Positions 9,175-18,682 of a stretch of DNA of 64,000 nucleotides are shown here, in pieces (positions within the stretch are counted from its first letter, which is position 1; every line of letters begins with the position of its first letter). Below the pieces are notes generated by a model that made no database searches, was not told the origin of the DNA, and saw only the letters and a program-made list of their open reading frames with translations. Location of the stretch: assembly GCA_006226565.1 (NCBI GenBank), contig SBGO01000356.1, forward strand, positions 748 through 64,747, in the 5' to 3' direction. The stretch is from Deltaproteobacteria bacterium (GTDB lineage Bacteria > Myxococcota_A > UBA9042 > PHBI01). The position numbers and the translations under genes are program-made.

Positions 9175-10264
9175 GACCCACCCCCGGTCGGGAGCGGTAC
9201 ACGTCGCAGCGCCGCCCAATCGTGTCGTAAATGCCTTTGAAGTAGCGCTCTCCCGCAGGATCGTTATCGGTGCGCACGACCACGCGCGAACCGCTCGGGA
9301 CGCGTGCGGCGATTTCGGGCGTCCACGAGCCGGCCACGATCCCGAAGACCGCCCACTCCGGCTGCGCGGCCCAGCAGAGGAAATCGATCTCGCCCTCCGC
9401 GATGGCGACATCGAGAGGCGCGGCGTCGTACTGCAAGACGATCCTCGCGCCCTCGTTCGCCATGACGGCCCCCTTCACGGTTGAGCCCCGAGGCGTCGGG
9501 CACTTCAGCCCGTGCGGCGGCGCGGCGTCGAGGCGGCACCAGCGTGCGCGCAGCGTCACCGGGCGCGGACCGCCTCCGTTCCGCGCGTCGTACACGTAGC
9601 CGGGCATGTACAACGGCACCATCAGGCGCCATCCGGTCCGGTGCCACGCGCGACCGGCGTGTTGAGCCCACGGGGGACGCAGGCCACGACGAAGGTCAAC
9701 GAGCGGTGCCCACGGCGGGAGCACCCGCGCCTCGTCCATCACCGTCAACTCGGCGAGCATTGCGTCGCTCACACCACGGCTGCGCAAGTAGGCGAGTACC
9801 TCGGTGTCGTCCCGGAGGGGCTGTCCGACCTGCCAGAGCGCGTCTACCTCAACGAGGGAGAGGCCACAGGGGGAGTCCGGATCGCGCGGTGCCGTCTCCC
9901 GCGGCTTCGCCCCTTGCACCTGCTTCGAGGCCGTCCACGGCGAATCCTGAAACGCCCTGCGACTCAACCCCATGAGATCGGCCGTGCGGCGTACGACCTG
10001 CTTGAAGTCGCGTCGGACATCCAGCCCATCCACGACGGCGACGAGGTCGAACGCGTCCCCACGGGCGTCGCAGCGGAAGCAGTACCATGTTCCTTCGTTC
10101 AAGCTGAACGTCGGTCGTCCGCCCTCCTTGCACTTCATGGGGCAGTAACCGCGCCAGTTCTCGCCGCGAGTGTTCACGAGCCGGACGCCGAGCGCCACGG
10201 CGAGCTCTCGGCAGTCGCAGTGTTCGCGCACCCGTCGCGCGTCGATGTCCGGACGGTCATTCAT
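9167..10264 (-). CDS. DNA primase-like protein (CHC2-type Zn finger + TOPRIM)
   Basis: CPMKC...WYCFRCDARGD, YLRSRG, IAEGEID, TDNDPAG. Confidence 0.85.
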   Translation of the reverse strand: MNDRPDIDARRVREHCDCRELAVALGVRLVNTRGENWRGYCPMKCKEGGRPTFSLNEGTWYCFRCDARGDAFDLVAVVDGLDVRRDFKQVVRRTADLMGLSRRAFQDSPWTASKQVQGAKPRETAPRDPDSPCGLSLVEVDALWQVGQPLRDDTEVLAYLRSRGVSDAMLAELTVMDEARVLPPWAPLVDLRRGLRPPWAQHAGRAWHRTGWRLMVPLYMPGYVYDARNGGGPRPVTLRARWCRLDAAPPHGLKCPTPRGSTVKGAVMANEGARIVLQYDAAPLDVAIAEGEIDFLCWAAQPEWAVFGIVAGSWTPEIAARVPSGSRVVVRTDNDPAGERYFKGIYDTIGRRCDVYRSRPGVGHE

Positions 10265-10273
10265 GAGGCACCG

Positions 10274-10468
10274 CTACTCGTCGCCGTGGGTGTAGGCCGC
10301 GCGGCGATGCGACTTCAGCCACTCCTGGACCTCGGTCGGGTCGAACCGCACGGCCCGCGGGCCGAGGTAGACGCAGGGGATGCGTCGACTCCGGACCCAC
10401 GAGTAGAGCGTCGTCACGCTCACACCCAGCCTCTTCGCCATCTCATCGTACCCGAGCAAGTCGTTCAT
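10274..10468 (-). CDS. HTH_17/AlpA-like DNA-binding protein
   Basis: EMAKRLGVSVTTLYSWVRSRRIPCVYLGPRAVRFDP; AGGAGG RBS. Confidence 0.88.
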   Translation of the reverse strand: MNDLLGYDEMAKRLGVSVTTLYSWVRSRRIPCVYLGPRAVRFDPTEVQEWLKSHRRAAYTHGDE

Positions 10469-10661
10469 CGTTGAACCTCCTACAGCTCACGAGAACTAGC
10501 TGTACAAGCCGCCGACCGCTGGGTCACCGGGCGCTAAGTAGGCACTTGCCCTGAGGACCTAGCACCCACCAAGCAAGACCCCGCGCGCAAGACGGCGCTC
10601 AGAACGATGCACTGCGGCCTTGGCGATAGCGCGGGGCGGAGCGGTGGGGGGGCTTCGGCTC

Positions 10662-11861
10662 ATGACGAGGGCGCCGAGGCCCCCGAGGCCGTTCGTGCAC
10701 AGGGACCCCTTGTGCGGGCTGCGTCTCGACCCGTCCCACCAATCACACCCTTGCGATACGCGTTCAAGCTCGACATCCTCGGTTCAGACCGAGGAGGAAC
10801 TCGTGGACAAGACCGGCGCAGACGACGCCCGCAGGCGTCTCGACGGGGCACAAGCGAGGCTAGATGCCGCTACCCGCCGGCGCTTGGCGCTCGAACTGTT
10901 CAACCACAGCACCGGAATCGGTGTGAAGGCAGAGGAGCTGGCAGCACGGGAATTCCCACTGACGCCGTGTCGGTCGTGGGACATACAGCATGCTTTCAGG
11001 TTCGCTGAGAGCGCCCGCAGCCGATTCATCGCCAGTGTGAAGGAATTCGAAGCCTCCAAGCGTCAGCTCGGCCGACTCGCGGGTGTCAAGCAATTGCTGG
11101 CCGATGTCGTGATGGACACCGAACCCGCGAGGGCCCACAGCGACGCCTGGACGACGGGGTGGCCGACGCTCAAGATCCACCACGCAGTCAAGCGGCTCCA
11201 ACATGAGTTGGCGAGGGTCGACTCCGAGGTCGTCGAAGCGGTGGCGTCACTGAACTGGCTCAACCATCGCGGCAACGTCGCGCGGCCGTTTGAGCCGGAT
11301 GTGGTGTTCCGCCGAGAGCTCGTGCGATGGCTCCTCGTCGTCCGCAGGGGACAGGCGATCGGGAGGGTCGACGCCTCGAAGCTGTGGAATACGCCCCCCC
11401 CGGCGGGCTTGGAGTCCGTCCCAACCTGGGCGGTCGCCGCGGAGACGAGCGTCGAGGACTTGGCGCGCCCCCACTGGCCTAGCCTGGCAACCGTCGATAG
11501 CGCTGGAGATATTCACCCGGAGTCGTTCAAGGCGATGCAGTACGAGGCTTTGAGGCGGCGCGTCGTCACCGAACAGCGACCTGGTGCATGGTTGACGCAG
11601 GAGGACGTGGCGTTGCTCCTCATCGCCGCGGACGTCGAGAAGGCGAGGCTGAGCGATGTATGCGAGGCTGTGCGACGCGAGTGGCGGGCCATCAAGGCGC
11701 GTGCATTCGAGGCCGAACAGACACCTGAGCGCATCAAGCCGCTGCTTCGCATCCAGCCCCGTCTGGAGCGCGGGCTGGCCAAGGAAAGTCGGAACCCGGT
11801 TCCTGATTCGCGCAATGGGACGGTGGGCATCGCAGCGGACACGTGTGCTGCCGAAGATTAG
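10662..11861 (+). CDS. Hypothetical protein, first gene of a two-gene operon
   Basis: Long ORF whose stop abuts the ATG at 11862; no recognisable motif; start uncertain. Confidence 0.55.
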   Translation: MTRAPRPPRPFVHRDPLCGLRLDPSHQSHPCDTRSSSTSSVQTEEELVDKTGADDARRRLDGAQARLDAATRRRLALELFNHSTGIGVKAEELAAREFPLTPCRSWDIQHAFRFAESARSRFIASVKEFEASKRQLGRLAGVKQLLADVVMDTEPARAHSDAWTTGWPTLKIHHAVKRLQHELARVDSEVVEAVASLNWLNHRGNVARPFEPDVVFRRELVRWLLVVRRGQAIGRVDASKLWNTPPPAGLESVPTWAVAAETSVEDLARPHWPSLATVDSAGDIHPESFKAMQYEALRRRVVTEQRPGAWLTQEDVALLLIAADVEKARLSDVCEAVRREWRAIKARAFEAEQTPERIKPLLRIQPRLERGLAKESRNPVPDSRNGTVGIAADTCAAED

Positions 11862-14507
11862 ATGCTGAGCGATTTCCAATACGACCCCGTCGAAGCCGCA
11901 AAACCCCTGCGCCCGTATCAGGTGGAAGCCGTCGCAGCGCTGTCCGCCGCGCTGGCGAACGACACGACGAGGCCGCAGCTCCTGCAGCTCGCGACGGGGG
12001 GCGGCAAGACCCGCGTGGCGAACGACATCGTGGCACGATGGATCCGCGAGCACGGTGGTCCCGTCCTGTGGATCACGAAGGATTGGCGGCTCCTGTACCA
12101 GGCTGCACGAGATGCCTCACGACGCCATCCTGGGCACATTCTGTACCGCATCGGGGGACGCCGGACCGCCTTGGGGGCACTTTCCGAGGTACCCCGCTGG
12201 TGGACTCCGACACGCAGCACCATCCTCTACTCGACATTCCAGACCGTGCTCCGCCGACTTGATGACGGGGTTCTGGACGGCGTGGCGCTTCTTGTCTGGG
12301 ACGAGTCGCATTGGGGCGAGAACGCGAAGGCAGGGAAGATTCTCACGCAGTGTGCGCGTCAGCGGCGCCCTGTTCTTGGCCTCACGGCAACAGCCCGATG
12401 GGATACGCGATACCACGTCGTCTATTCACGAAGCTTCTTTGACCTTGTCCGCGAAGGCTACCTCGCGCAGCCGGAGACGTGGCGGGTGCGGACGGGGCTA
12501 CGCTGGTCGCCCCGACTCTCGCCCGGTGACAGCGACTTTTCCAATGTATCCTTGCGGGTTCTCGCTGAATCAGCAGAGCGAAACGACGCGATCATCAGGA
12601 CGTACGCCGAGAACGCCGACGAGTTCCGGCGGACGATCGTCTTCGCCTGCAACATCGAGCACGCCAACGAACTCGCAGAACGGTTCTCCAGGGATGGCTT
12701 TGCGGCCCACGCCATCCACACGGAAAACGACGACGCAAAGAACAACGCAGCACTGGAGGGTTTCCGCAGAGGGCGAATCCACATCCTCGTCAACGTCGAG
12801 ATGTTGACGCACGGGGTCGACGTGCCAGATGCCAACACGATCTTCCTGTGCCGCCCGACCCGGAGCGACATCCTGTTCGCGCAGATGGTCGGGCGCGGAG
12901 CGCGCAGAGCCGAAGGCAAGACTCACTTCAACATCGTCGAGTTCACGGACAACCTCTCGAAGTACGGCGAGATCCTGCGGACAACCTCATTCTTCTTCGA
13001 TGGGGCCGGTTCAACATCCGCGGTGCCGCGTTTGCGTTCGCGCTCAGCGCCGCGCGTCTCGCAGCACGCGTTTGATCCGCGCGGCGCACCTCGCTGGATA
13101 CCAGACGACGACTCGTTGCCCGAGAGCTGCCGTGGCCTGTGGTACCGCGAAGGCCAGACCTTCGGGCTGGAGCTCGAACTGACCGAGAGCAGTGCGGCGA
13201 TTCCCAGGCCGCACACGGAGCGCTGGAGCGCCGTTGCCACTGCCCTGCTGGAGGCGCTTCGGCGCGCGATCGGCAGCGAGCTGGTCGCAGCCGCCGCGAC
13301 GCCTTGGTACGCGGGCGGTGGCTCCGGTGGCAAGGACTTCTCGGTCTGGAACGTCGAGTGGGACAGCTCTGCCGGGTGGGAGGTGACGAGCCGAATTCTG
13401 TCCGGCGAAGACGGGTTCATCGAGGTCGATGCTGCCTGCGCAGCGCTCGAAGAAGCGGCAGCGATCCACGGTGTACGCGTCAATTATCGGACTGGGACGC
13501 ACCTTCATCTCGGCTGGCGCCGTGACGACATCGGCGCCCTTCGGAATGCGATCAGGCTTGTGGGCTTGTTCGAGCCGGCGCTCGGAACGCTTGTGGCGCC
13601 GTCAAGGCTCGCGCGCTTTGCGGGCGGTGTCTACGACATCAGCACACCGAATCAGTACTGCCAGCCCGTCTCGAAGGCGGTGTCCGAGCACACGCTGCAG
13701 ACGTGCCATTCGGTCACAGAGCTGCTGCACGGGCTTTCGGACTATGGGCTACGATTCGCGACGTTCAACATCAAGCCTCTAGGGACGCACGGCACCGTCG
13801 AGGTGAGACTCCACAGCGGAACCATCGAGGCTCGCAAGGCGCTGGTATGGGTGAGCTTGTGGCAACAGCTCCTATGGGCGGCCGAGAACAAGACTGGAAT
13901 GCCAGAGTTGGAGTACAGGCAGGTCATAGTCCCCGACGCCGACATCATCGAGCTCGCGCGGGAGTGGCTCCCGGCCGCCATCCAGCCCCTGCAAGCGGCG
14001 TTCCTCGCGCGCGTCGCGCGGCGGCGGGCCGAGGTCGTTGACATGTGGCGGGCGCGTCCAGAGCTGGAGCCGTGGACGGGTTTCGCCGATTGCTGGCTCG
14101 AACTGGCCGTAGACGCGCACGGAGCCGAACCAGGAACGCTAGCCCCCCCGTTTCTCGATGCCGTATTCGACCTGCAGGTTCGGAGCGCCAATCATGGCAC
14201 ATGGCATGATGTCGCAGAGATGCTCGCCATGCTTGTTGTAGATGGCCTACTGGTTGAACCAGCGTTTCTTGAGGCTCCGCCGAACGGCCGTGCTGTCGTG
14301 ACTGCGCGAACGTCCGAGGGCATTGTCCCCGTGCTTCATGTGTGGGACCACCCAGTAGGAATGAAGTTCTGGGTGTACGCCACGCCACCGGGGGAAGATC
14401 TCGGACGGGGGCGTGCCGTCTACACCGAGGTCCGCGCTGCGGACCCATCGTGGTGGAGCCAACTGCTTCGGCTACTCAGCACCACACTCACGGAGGGCCC
14501 GGCGTAG
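11862..14507 (+). CDS. SF2 (ResIII/DEAD-like) helicase fused to a putative amidoligase domain
   Basis: LRPYQ, ATGGGKT, DESH, LTAT, GVDVP, QMVGRGAR; then TFGLELE, WNVEWDSS..WEVTSRIL, TGTHLHLG, FNIK..HGTVEVRLHSGT. Confidence 0.85.
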   Translation: MLSDFQYDPVEAAKPLRPYQVEAVAALSAALANDTTRPQLLQLATGGGKTRVANDIVARWIREHGGPVLWITKDWRLLYQAARDASRRHPGHILYRIGGRRTALGALSEVPRWWTPTRSTILYSTFQTVLRRLDDGVLDGVALLVWDESHWGENAKAGKILTQCARQRRPVLGLTATARWDTRYHVVYSRSFFDLVREGYLAQPETWRVRTGLRWSPRLSPGDSDFSNVSLRVLAESAERNDAIIRTYAENADEFRRTIVFACNIEHANELAERFSRDGFAAHAIHTENDDAKNNAALEGFRRGRIHILVNVEMLTHGVDVPDANTIFLCRPTRSDILFAQMVGRGARRAEGKTHFNIVEFTDNLSKYGEILRTTSFFFDGAGSTSAVPRLRSRSAPRVSQHAFDPRGAPRWIPDDDSLPESCRGLWYREGQTFGLELELTESSAAIPRPHTERWSAVATALLEALRRAIGSELVAAAATPWYAGGGSGGKDFSVWNVEWDSSAGWEVTSRILSGEDGFIEVDAACAALEEAAAIHGVRVNYRTGTHLHLGWRRDDIGALRNAIRLVGLFEPALGTLVAPSRLARFAGGVYDISTPNQYCQPVSKAVSEHTLQTCHSVTELLHGLSDYGLRFATFNIKPLGTHGTVEVRLHSGTIEARKALVWVSLWQQLLWAAENKTGMPELEYRQVIVPDADIIELAREWLPAAIQPLQAAFLARVARRRAEVVDMWRARPELEPWTGFADCWLELAVDAHGAEPGTLAPPFLDAVFDLQVRSANHGTWHDVAEMLAMLVVDGLLVEPAFLEAPPNGRAVVTARTSEGIVPVLHVWDHPVGMKFWVYATPPGEDLGRGRAVYTEVRAADPSWWSQLLRLLSTTLTEGPA

Positions 14508-14606
14508 TCCATCTCTGGATCGCGATGCGGCGCGCAGTCATCGATCCCGAACACTGCGCGTGGAGCGAAGCCATGTTGAGCGGCAGAAGCGGCCCCACGA
14601 CGGGGG

Positions 14607-16205
14607 TCAAACTCGGGCTTCGCCACCTATTGTCGCAACGATGCGGCCCGCGAGAGCCTCGAACACGCTCGCGCTGGCGGGCGCGAATGATGCGTTCCCG
14701 CTGCCGGTTGGTCTGGTGATGACGCGCCCTGTCAAGCCATCGACTCCAATGACCTTCCGGCCGCTGCCGCCGAGTCGAATCTCGCTCGTGCCGTGGACGT
14801 AAGCCTTCCCAATCTGACGCCCCGAGCTCTCATCGTACACGGGGCTACCGGTGTCCACGCCGAAGGTCAGGTGGATTGCCCGATTTTCGACGAGCTGTTC
14901 GCCACGCGCAGACAGCTCGATACTGTCACCCCGAGCAACGAGTAGATCGCCGCGCACCAGTCCGTCGACCATGGCGTCGGCAGCTCGAGCAGACATCCCG
15001 AAAGCGGTCGAGGCAAGCTCGCGAATCTCGGCGCGGGAACGGCCGGTCGCGATCGCCGCATATGACGCCAACTGTTGCAGGGCTCCGACGAGGAACGGGC
15101 GCGCGTCCGCCGTCCCAGGGGGCAATCCCCCGGAGATCTGTGCCACGAGCTTCGCGTATTCCACCGTCCGATCGAAGAGGCCGCCGACGCACACCACACG
15201 GCGTAGCCCGCTGCGACGTCCAGCGCGCCCCGCACGCTGTAGGAACGAGGAAACCCCCGATGGTGCGTCGAAGAGCACGCAGGTATCCACATCCCCGATG
15301 TCGATTCCCACTTCGAGCGTCGTCGTCGCGACGACGAGCCCGACCCGTGCCTTCCGCAGGCGCTCCTCGACGGCCCGTCGTCCGCTGCTGGACAGCGATG
15401 CGTGATGAGCCATGCAATTCTCGCGAAGAAATCCTGTCGAGAGCCAGCCGCAGAGATCCTCGACGCGCCGCTTGCTTCTTGCGAAGCCGATCAACTTTCG
15501 GCTGCCAAGCTCGCGGAGGAAGTCGACAAACGCCTCTCCTCCCTCGCGTCCGGCCCGAACCCAATCGTAGTACGAGACATCCAGTCCCTGCTGGTCCCCA
15601 TCCTCGATGATGATTGGATCTCGCAAGAGCCGCGAGCGCGATGGCAAAGTGAGGTCAGGGATCGTCGCTGAGATACCTATCCTCCGCGCCTTCACCCCCG
15701 ACATGTCGAGGCGCGCTAGCAGCCCCGCGGTCTGAGTACCTCTCGGCCCCTTGAGGAAATCGTGTATTTCGTCGATGAGCACTTCGGTGATGTCGCTGAG
15801 TTCACCAGGACGGCGGCATAGGGTGATATCGAGCCCTTCGGGAGTGCGGATCAGGACGTCGGTCACTTCGTTGTCCCGCACGGTGTTCTTGTCAGACGTG
15901 GCGACGTCGAGCCGCAGCCCCAGTGCTTCGAGGACGGGCGCCATGCGTCGGTGAAGGTCGGACGCGAGGGCGCGCGTCGGAGAGAGTACCAGCGCGCGCG
16001 TCTTCCCCCCTTCGCGTGGCCGATCTAGCAATGCCTCGACCACTGGCAGGAAGGCAGCTTCAGTCTTGCCGCTCCCTGTCGATGCCGTGATCAAACCATC
16101 ACGGTCTGTCCGAAGGCGCTCCAGCGCTTTCTCCTGCACTGGTCGCATCTTTCCACCGAAGCGGCCGAAGAATGCACGCTGTATCCGCTCATGGTTCGCA
16201 GTCAC
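14607..16205 (-). CDS. Lhr-like DEAD/DEAH helicase (BrxHI/SngC-like)
   Basis: ASTGSGKTEAA, SPTRAL, TPE, DEIH, SAT, HHASLS, TTTLEVGIDIG, QRAGRAGR. GTG start overlaps the upstream TGA. Confidence 0.88.
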   Translation of the reverse strand: MTANHERIQRAFFGRFGGKMRPVQEKALERLRTDRDGLITASTGSGKTEAAFLPVVEALLDRPREGGKTRALVLSPTRALASDLHRRMAPVLEALGLRLDVATSDKNTVRDNEVTDVLIRTPEGLDITLCRRPGELSDITEVLIDEIHDFLKGPRGTQTAGLLARLDMSGVKARRIGISATIPDLTLPSRSRLLRDPIIIEDGDQQGLDVSYYDWVRAGREGGEAFVDFLRELGSRKLIGFARSKRRVEDLCGWLSTGFLRENCMAHHASLSSSGRRAVEERLRKARVGLVVATTTLEVGIDIGDVDTCVLFDAPSGVSSFLQRAGRAGRRSGLRRVVCVGGLFDRTVEYAKLVAQISGGLPPGTADARPFLVGALQQLASYAAIATGRSRAEIRELASTAFGMSARAADAMVDGLVRGDLLVARGDSIELSARGEQLVENRAIHLTFGVDTGSPVYDESSGRQIGKAYVHGTSEIRLGGSGRKVIGVDGLTGRVITRPTGSGNASFAPASASVFEALAGRIVATIGGEARV

Positions 16206-17413
16206 CGCTTGCGGCCGCCGTGGTACCTTCGGTGATCCATCGCGGCAATCGCGTGCCGGACTATCTCGCGCGTCCCGTCGTTGACATGCTGCGACTTGAC
16301 TTCCTTGACGATCTCCTGGGCAGGAAACGCTACCTTGGTCCCATGTGCAGACTTGTACAAGTCGTGGATTTGACCGACGAGGGCTTCGATGCCGTGGTGA
16401 TCGAACGGGGTGAGCTGGAGCGGTGTGGCGCACACGTCTCGACTAATCGACCGTGCCAAGCCATAGGCGTGCGTGAAAGCCATGACAACGTGGATCCGTG
16501 ATGGGCTCTGCCCAAGATACCGCGGAGAGTAGGAATCGCGGTAGTGCTTGAGGCCACTCGTGTCCATGTTGCTCGCTGCCAGCGCCAAGCCGACCATGAC
16601 GTCCCAGGCCCGTCCAGCCCGATACGACGTACTCGCCCATTCGGTCCGCTCGGCCTCGTCGAGGATCATGACCAATCCTGGGACGCCGGCGTGTGCGAGT
16701 TCATGCGCCAGCCAGTTGATCTTATTCACCGCGTGGTTTGCCGCAGTCATCGCGTTGGGAACGTCTACATGCAAGTGGGCGGCAAGATCTGGTAAGTACT
16801 GAAAACCGAACCTCGCCCAGGTCACCGGAATGTCTCGCTGAAGACGGTCAAACCGCTTCATGATCGCATTCGGTCCGGGGAACTCACGGTAGACACTCTC
16901 GAGAAGGTCATTCTCGGCGGTGAAGTGAAAGCCGCCCCGGCGAAGCGCTCGCAGGAGAATTCCGAGCGCGTCTGAGCCCGCCAGCCTTCGGCCGTCAATG
17001 CGCACGGCGAATGCGCGAGGAAGGGCCATGACCAAGGATCTCGGGTGCTCGGCCGAATTGCTGGACGACCCCATCTCCAGTCGTATGACCGCGTAACCCT
17101 CTTCTTCGGCGCGCAGTGCCAATAGCTCGCACAGATGCGACTTGCCGCTACCGTACTGGCCGACAAGCACCTGGGTGGAGCCGCCGGGACTCCTGCGAAA
17201 GCCGTTGAGAAGTTGGGCGAGTTCAGCATCGCGACCGTATGTGGCGTGTCGGACAACGGCCCGATTCACCACGCCGGCACGCATGGCTTCGAGTGCGGCC
17301 CTCGCCTCGAAGCGACTCGCGAAATCTTCGGTCCTCTTGATGGAGTTCGCGAGCCTGGTTCTCTCCATCAGAAAAGAACGTAGGAGTTCCGCCATCTCAC
17401 GCCGGCCACTCAT
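16202..17413 (-). CDS. BrxD/DUF2791-like P-loop ATPase (copy 2)
   Basis: ALEAMRAGVV..YGRDAE, GQYGSGKSH, LVMILDEAE. Confidence 0.8.
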   Translation of the reverse strand: MSGRREMAELLRSFLMERTRLANSIKRTEDFASRFEARAALEAMRAGVVNRAVVRHATYGRDAELAQLLNGFRRSPGGSTQVLVGQYGSGKSHLCELLALRAEEEGYAVIRLEMGSSSNSAEHPRSLVMALPRAFAVRIDGRRLAGSDALGILLRALRRGGFHFTAENDLLESVYREFPGPNAIMKRFDRLQRDIPVTWARFGFQYLPDLAAHLHVDVPNAMTAANHAVNKINWLAHELAHAGVPGLVMILDEAERTEWASTSYRAGRAWDVMVGLALAASNMDTSGLKHYRDSYSPRYLGQSPSRIHVVMAFTHAYGLARSISRDVCATPLQLTPFDHHGIEALVGQIHDLYKSAHGTKVAFPAQEIVKEVKSQHVNDGTREIVRHAIAAMDHRRYHGGRKR

Positions 17414-17440
17414 GCCTTCTCGCCTCCGTCGTGGAGTTCG

Positions 17441-18682
17441 CTACCTCGCGTCCGTCACGAAGTTCGAGATTTCGGAGTCGCTAGGCGGACCGGCACTGCG
17501 CGCATGGTACAGGGCCTTGATGAACGTCTTGACGAACATCCGCCGAAAAGAAACATCGACGGTCTCGCGTAGCACGGCCCGTGCGACACGCTCAGCAATC
17601 CGAGCGCCGTCGCCGTCCGAAAGCTTCGGACTCAGACCGGCTGCATTGAACAGGGCAAGCAGCCGCTCGCCCAACGCGACGCAGAATCGCGTCTTGCTTC
17701 CGTCATCCTGGTAGCGATCGTCCAGAACGATCCGCGGCGCCGGAGGCAAGGTGGGGAAGCCTGTCGTCCGGACCCGCTGGTCGAGGGCCTGGTTGTCGGC
17801 GCTCAACATGCTCTTGAATTCGGTCCACCCCGGAATCGAATAGAGGAACATGACTCCGGGCCAGTCCGAGCCCTTGAGGGTCTCGTTGATGATCTGCACG
17901 AGGTTGTTCGAAGCGGTCTTTCGCTCCTTCGTGTTTGCGATGGACAGGGAGCGGTCCCCTTCGTCCATGATGAGAAGCAACCCCGGATAGCCGATCTGTC
18001 GGAGCCACACAGCGAGGGTGCGAATCGCCAGGGAACCACTGCGCACGTCGACCTTCTCGAGAACCCCCTTCCTCTTCAGCGCCGGGGCGATCATGCCCGA
18101 GTTGAGGTAGACCATGACCTCGTCGTATGTGGTGCTGTCACCCGACGCAACCGCGAGACCTGCGAGTTGGATGGCGATCCGCATGCTCGACAGTGGCAGG
18201 TCCCCCGCCTTTTGGAGCACCGACTGGGCGTACTGGACGCTATCACCGTCCCAGTCTGCAGGTGGTTCGACCCATGTCCGAATGATCTCTCCGATGCCGC
18301 GAGCGTTCGGGTGCCCTGGGCGCGGTGCCGTCAGCTGCTTGACGACGCTACTGTAGATGAGATCGAAGCGCGTAAGCGGGCAGGAGTCCTTGTTGAGCTC
18401 AATGAAAGCGCTTGCGAACCCGTGGCGGTGGGCTAGGCGCTCTACCGCCCGCAAATAGTGGGTCTTGCCACCACCGTAGTACGCTTCGACGAGCTTGAAG
18501 GTCCCCTGGTCCGTGTGGCGCAGAAGCCCATCCTCTCCGAAGTACTCCTCCTCGAACACGCGCAAATCGTCATCGATGCCAACCGAGATGAGGTTCGTCA
18601 CGCTGGGCGACGGTGCGACTCCGCCCACCAAGCTCTCGATCGCAGCGCGTGCATCATATCGATTGAGATCGGAAATGGTCAT
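17441..18682 (-). CDS. BrxD/DUF2791-like P-loop ATPase (copy 1)
   Basis: AIESLVGGVAP..SVG, FKLVEAYYGGGKTH, GYPGLLLIMDEG. Confidence 0.82.
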   Translation of the reverse strand: MTISDLNRYDARAAIESLVGGVAPSPSVTNLISVGIDDDLRVFEEEYFGEDGLLRHTDQGTFKLVEAYYGGGKTHYLRAVERLAHRHGFASAFIELNKDSCPLTRFDLIYSSVVKQLTAPRPGHPNARGIGEIIRTWVEPPADWDGDSVQYAQSVLQKAGDLPLSSMRIAIQLAGLAVASGDSTTYDEVMVYLNSGMIAPALKRKGVLEKVDVRSGSLAIRTLAVWLRQIGYPGLLLIMDEGDRSLSIANTKERKTASNNLVQIINETLKGSDWPGVMFLYSIPGWTEFKSMLSADNQALDQRVRTTGFPTLPPAPRIVLDDRYQDDGSKTRFCVALGERLLALFNAAGLSPKLSDGDGARIAERVARAVLRETVDVSFRRMFVKTFIKALYHARSAGPPSDSEISNFVTDAR

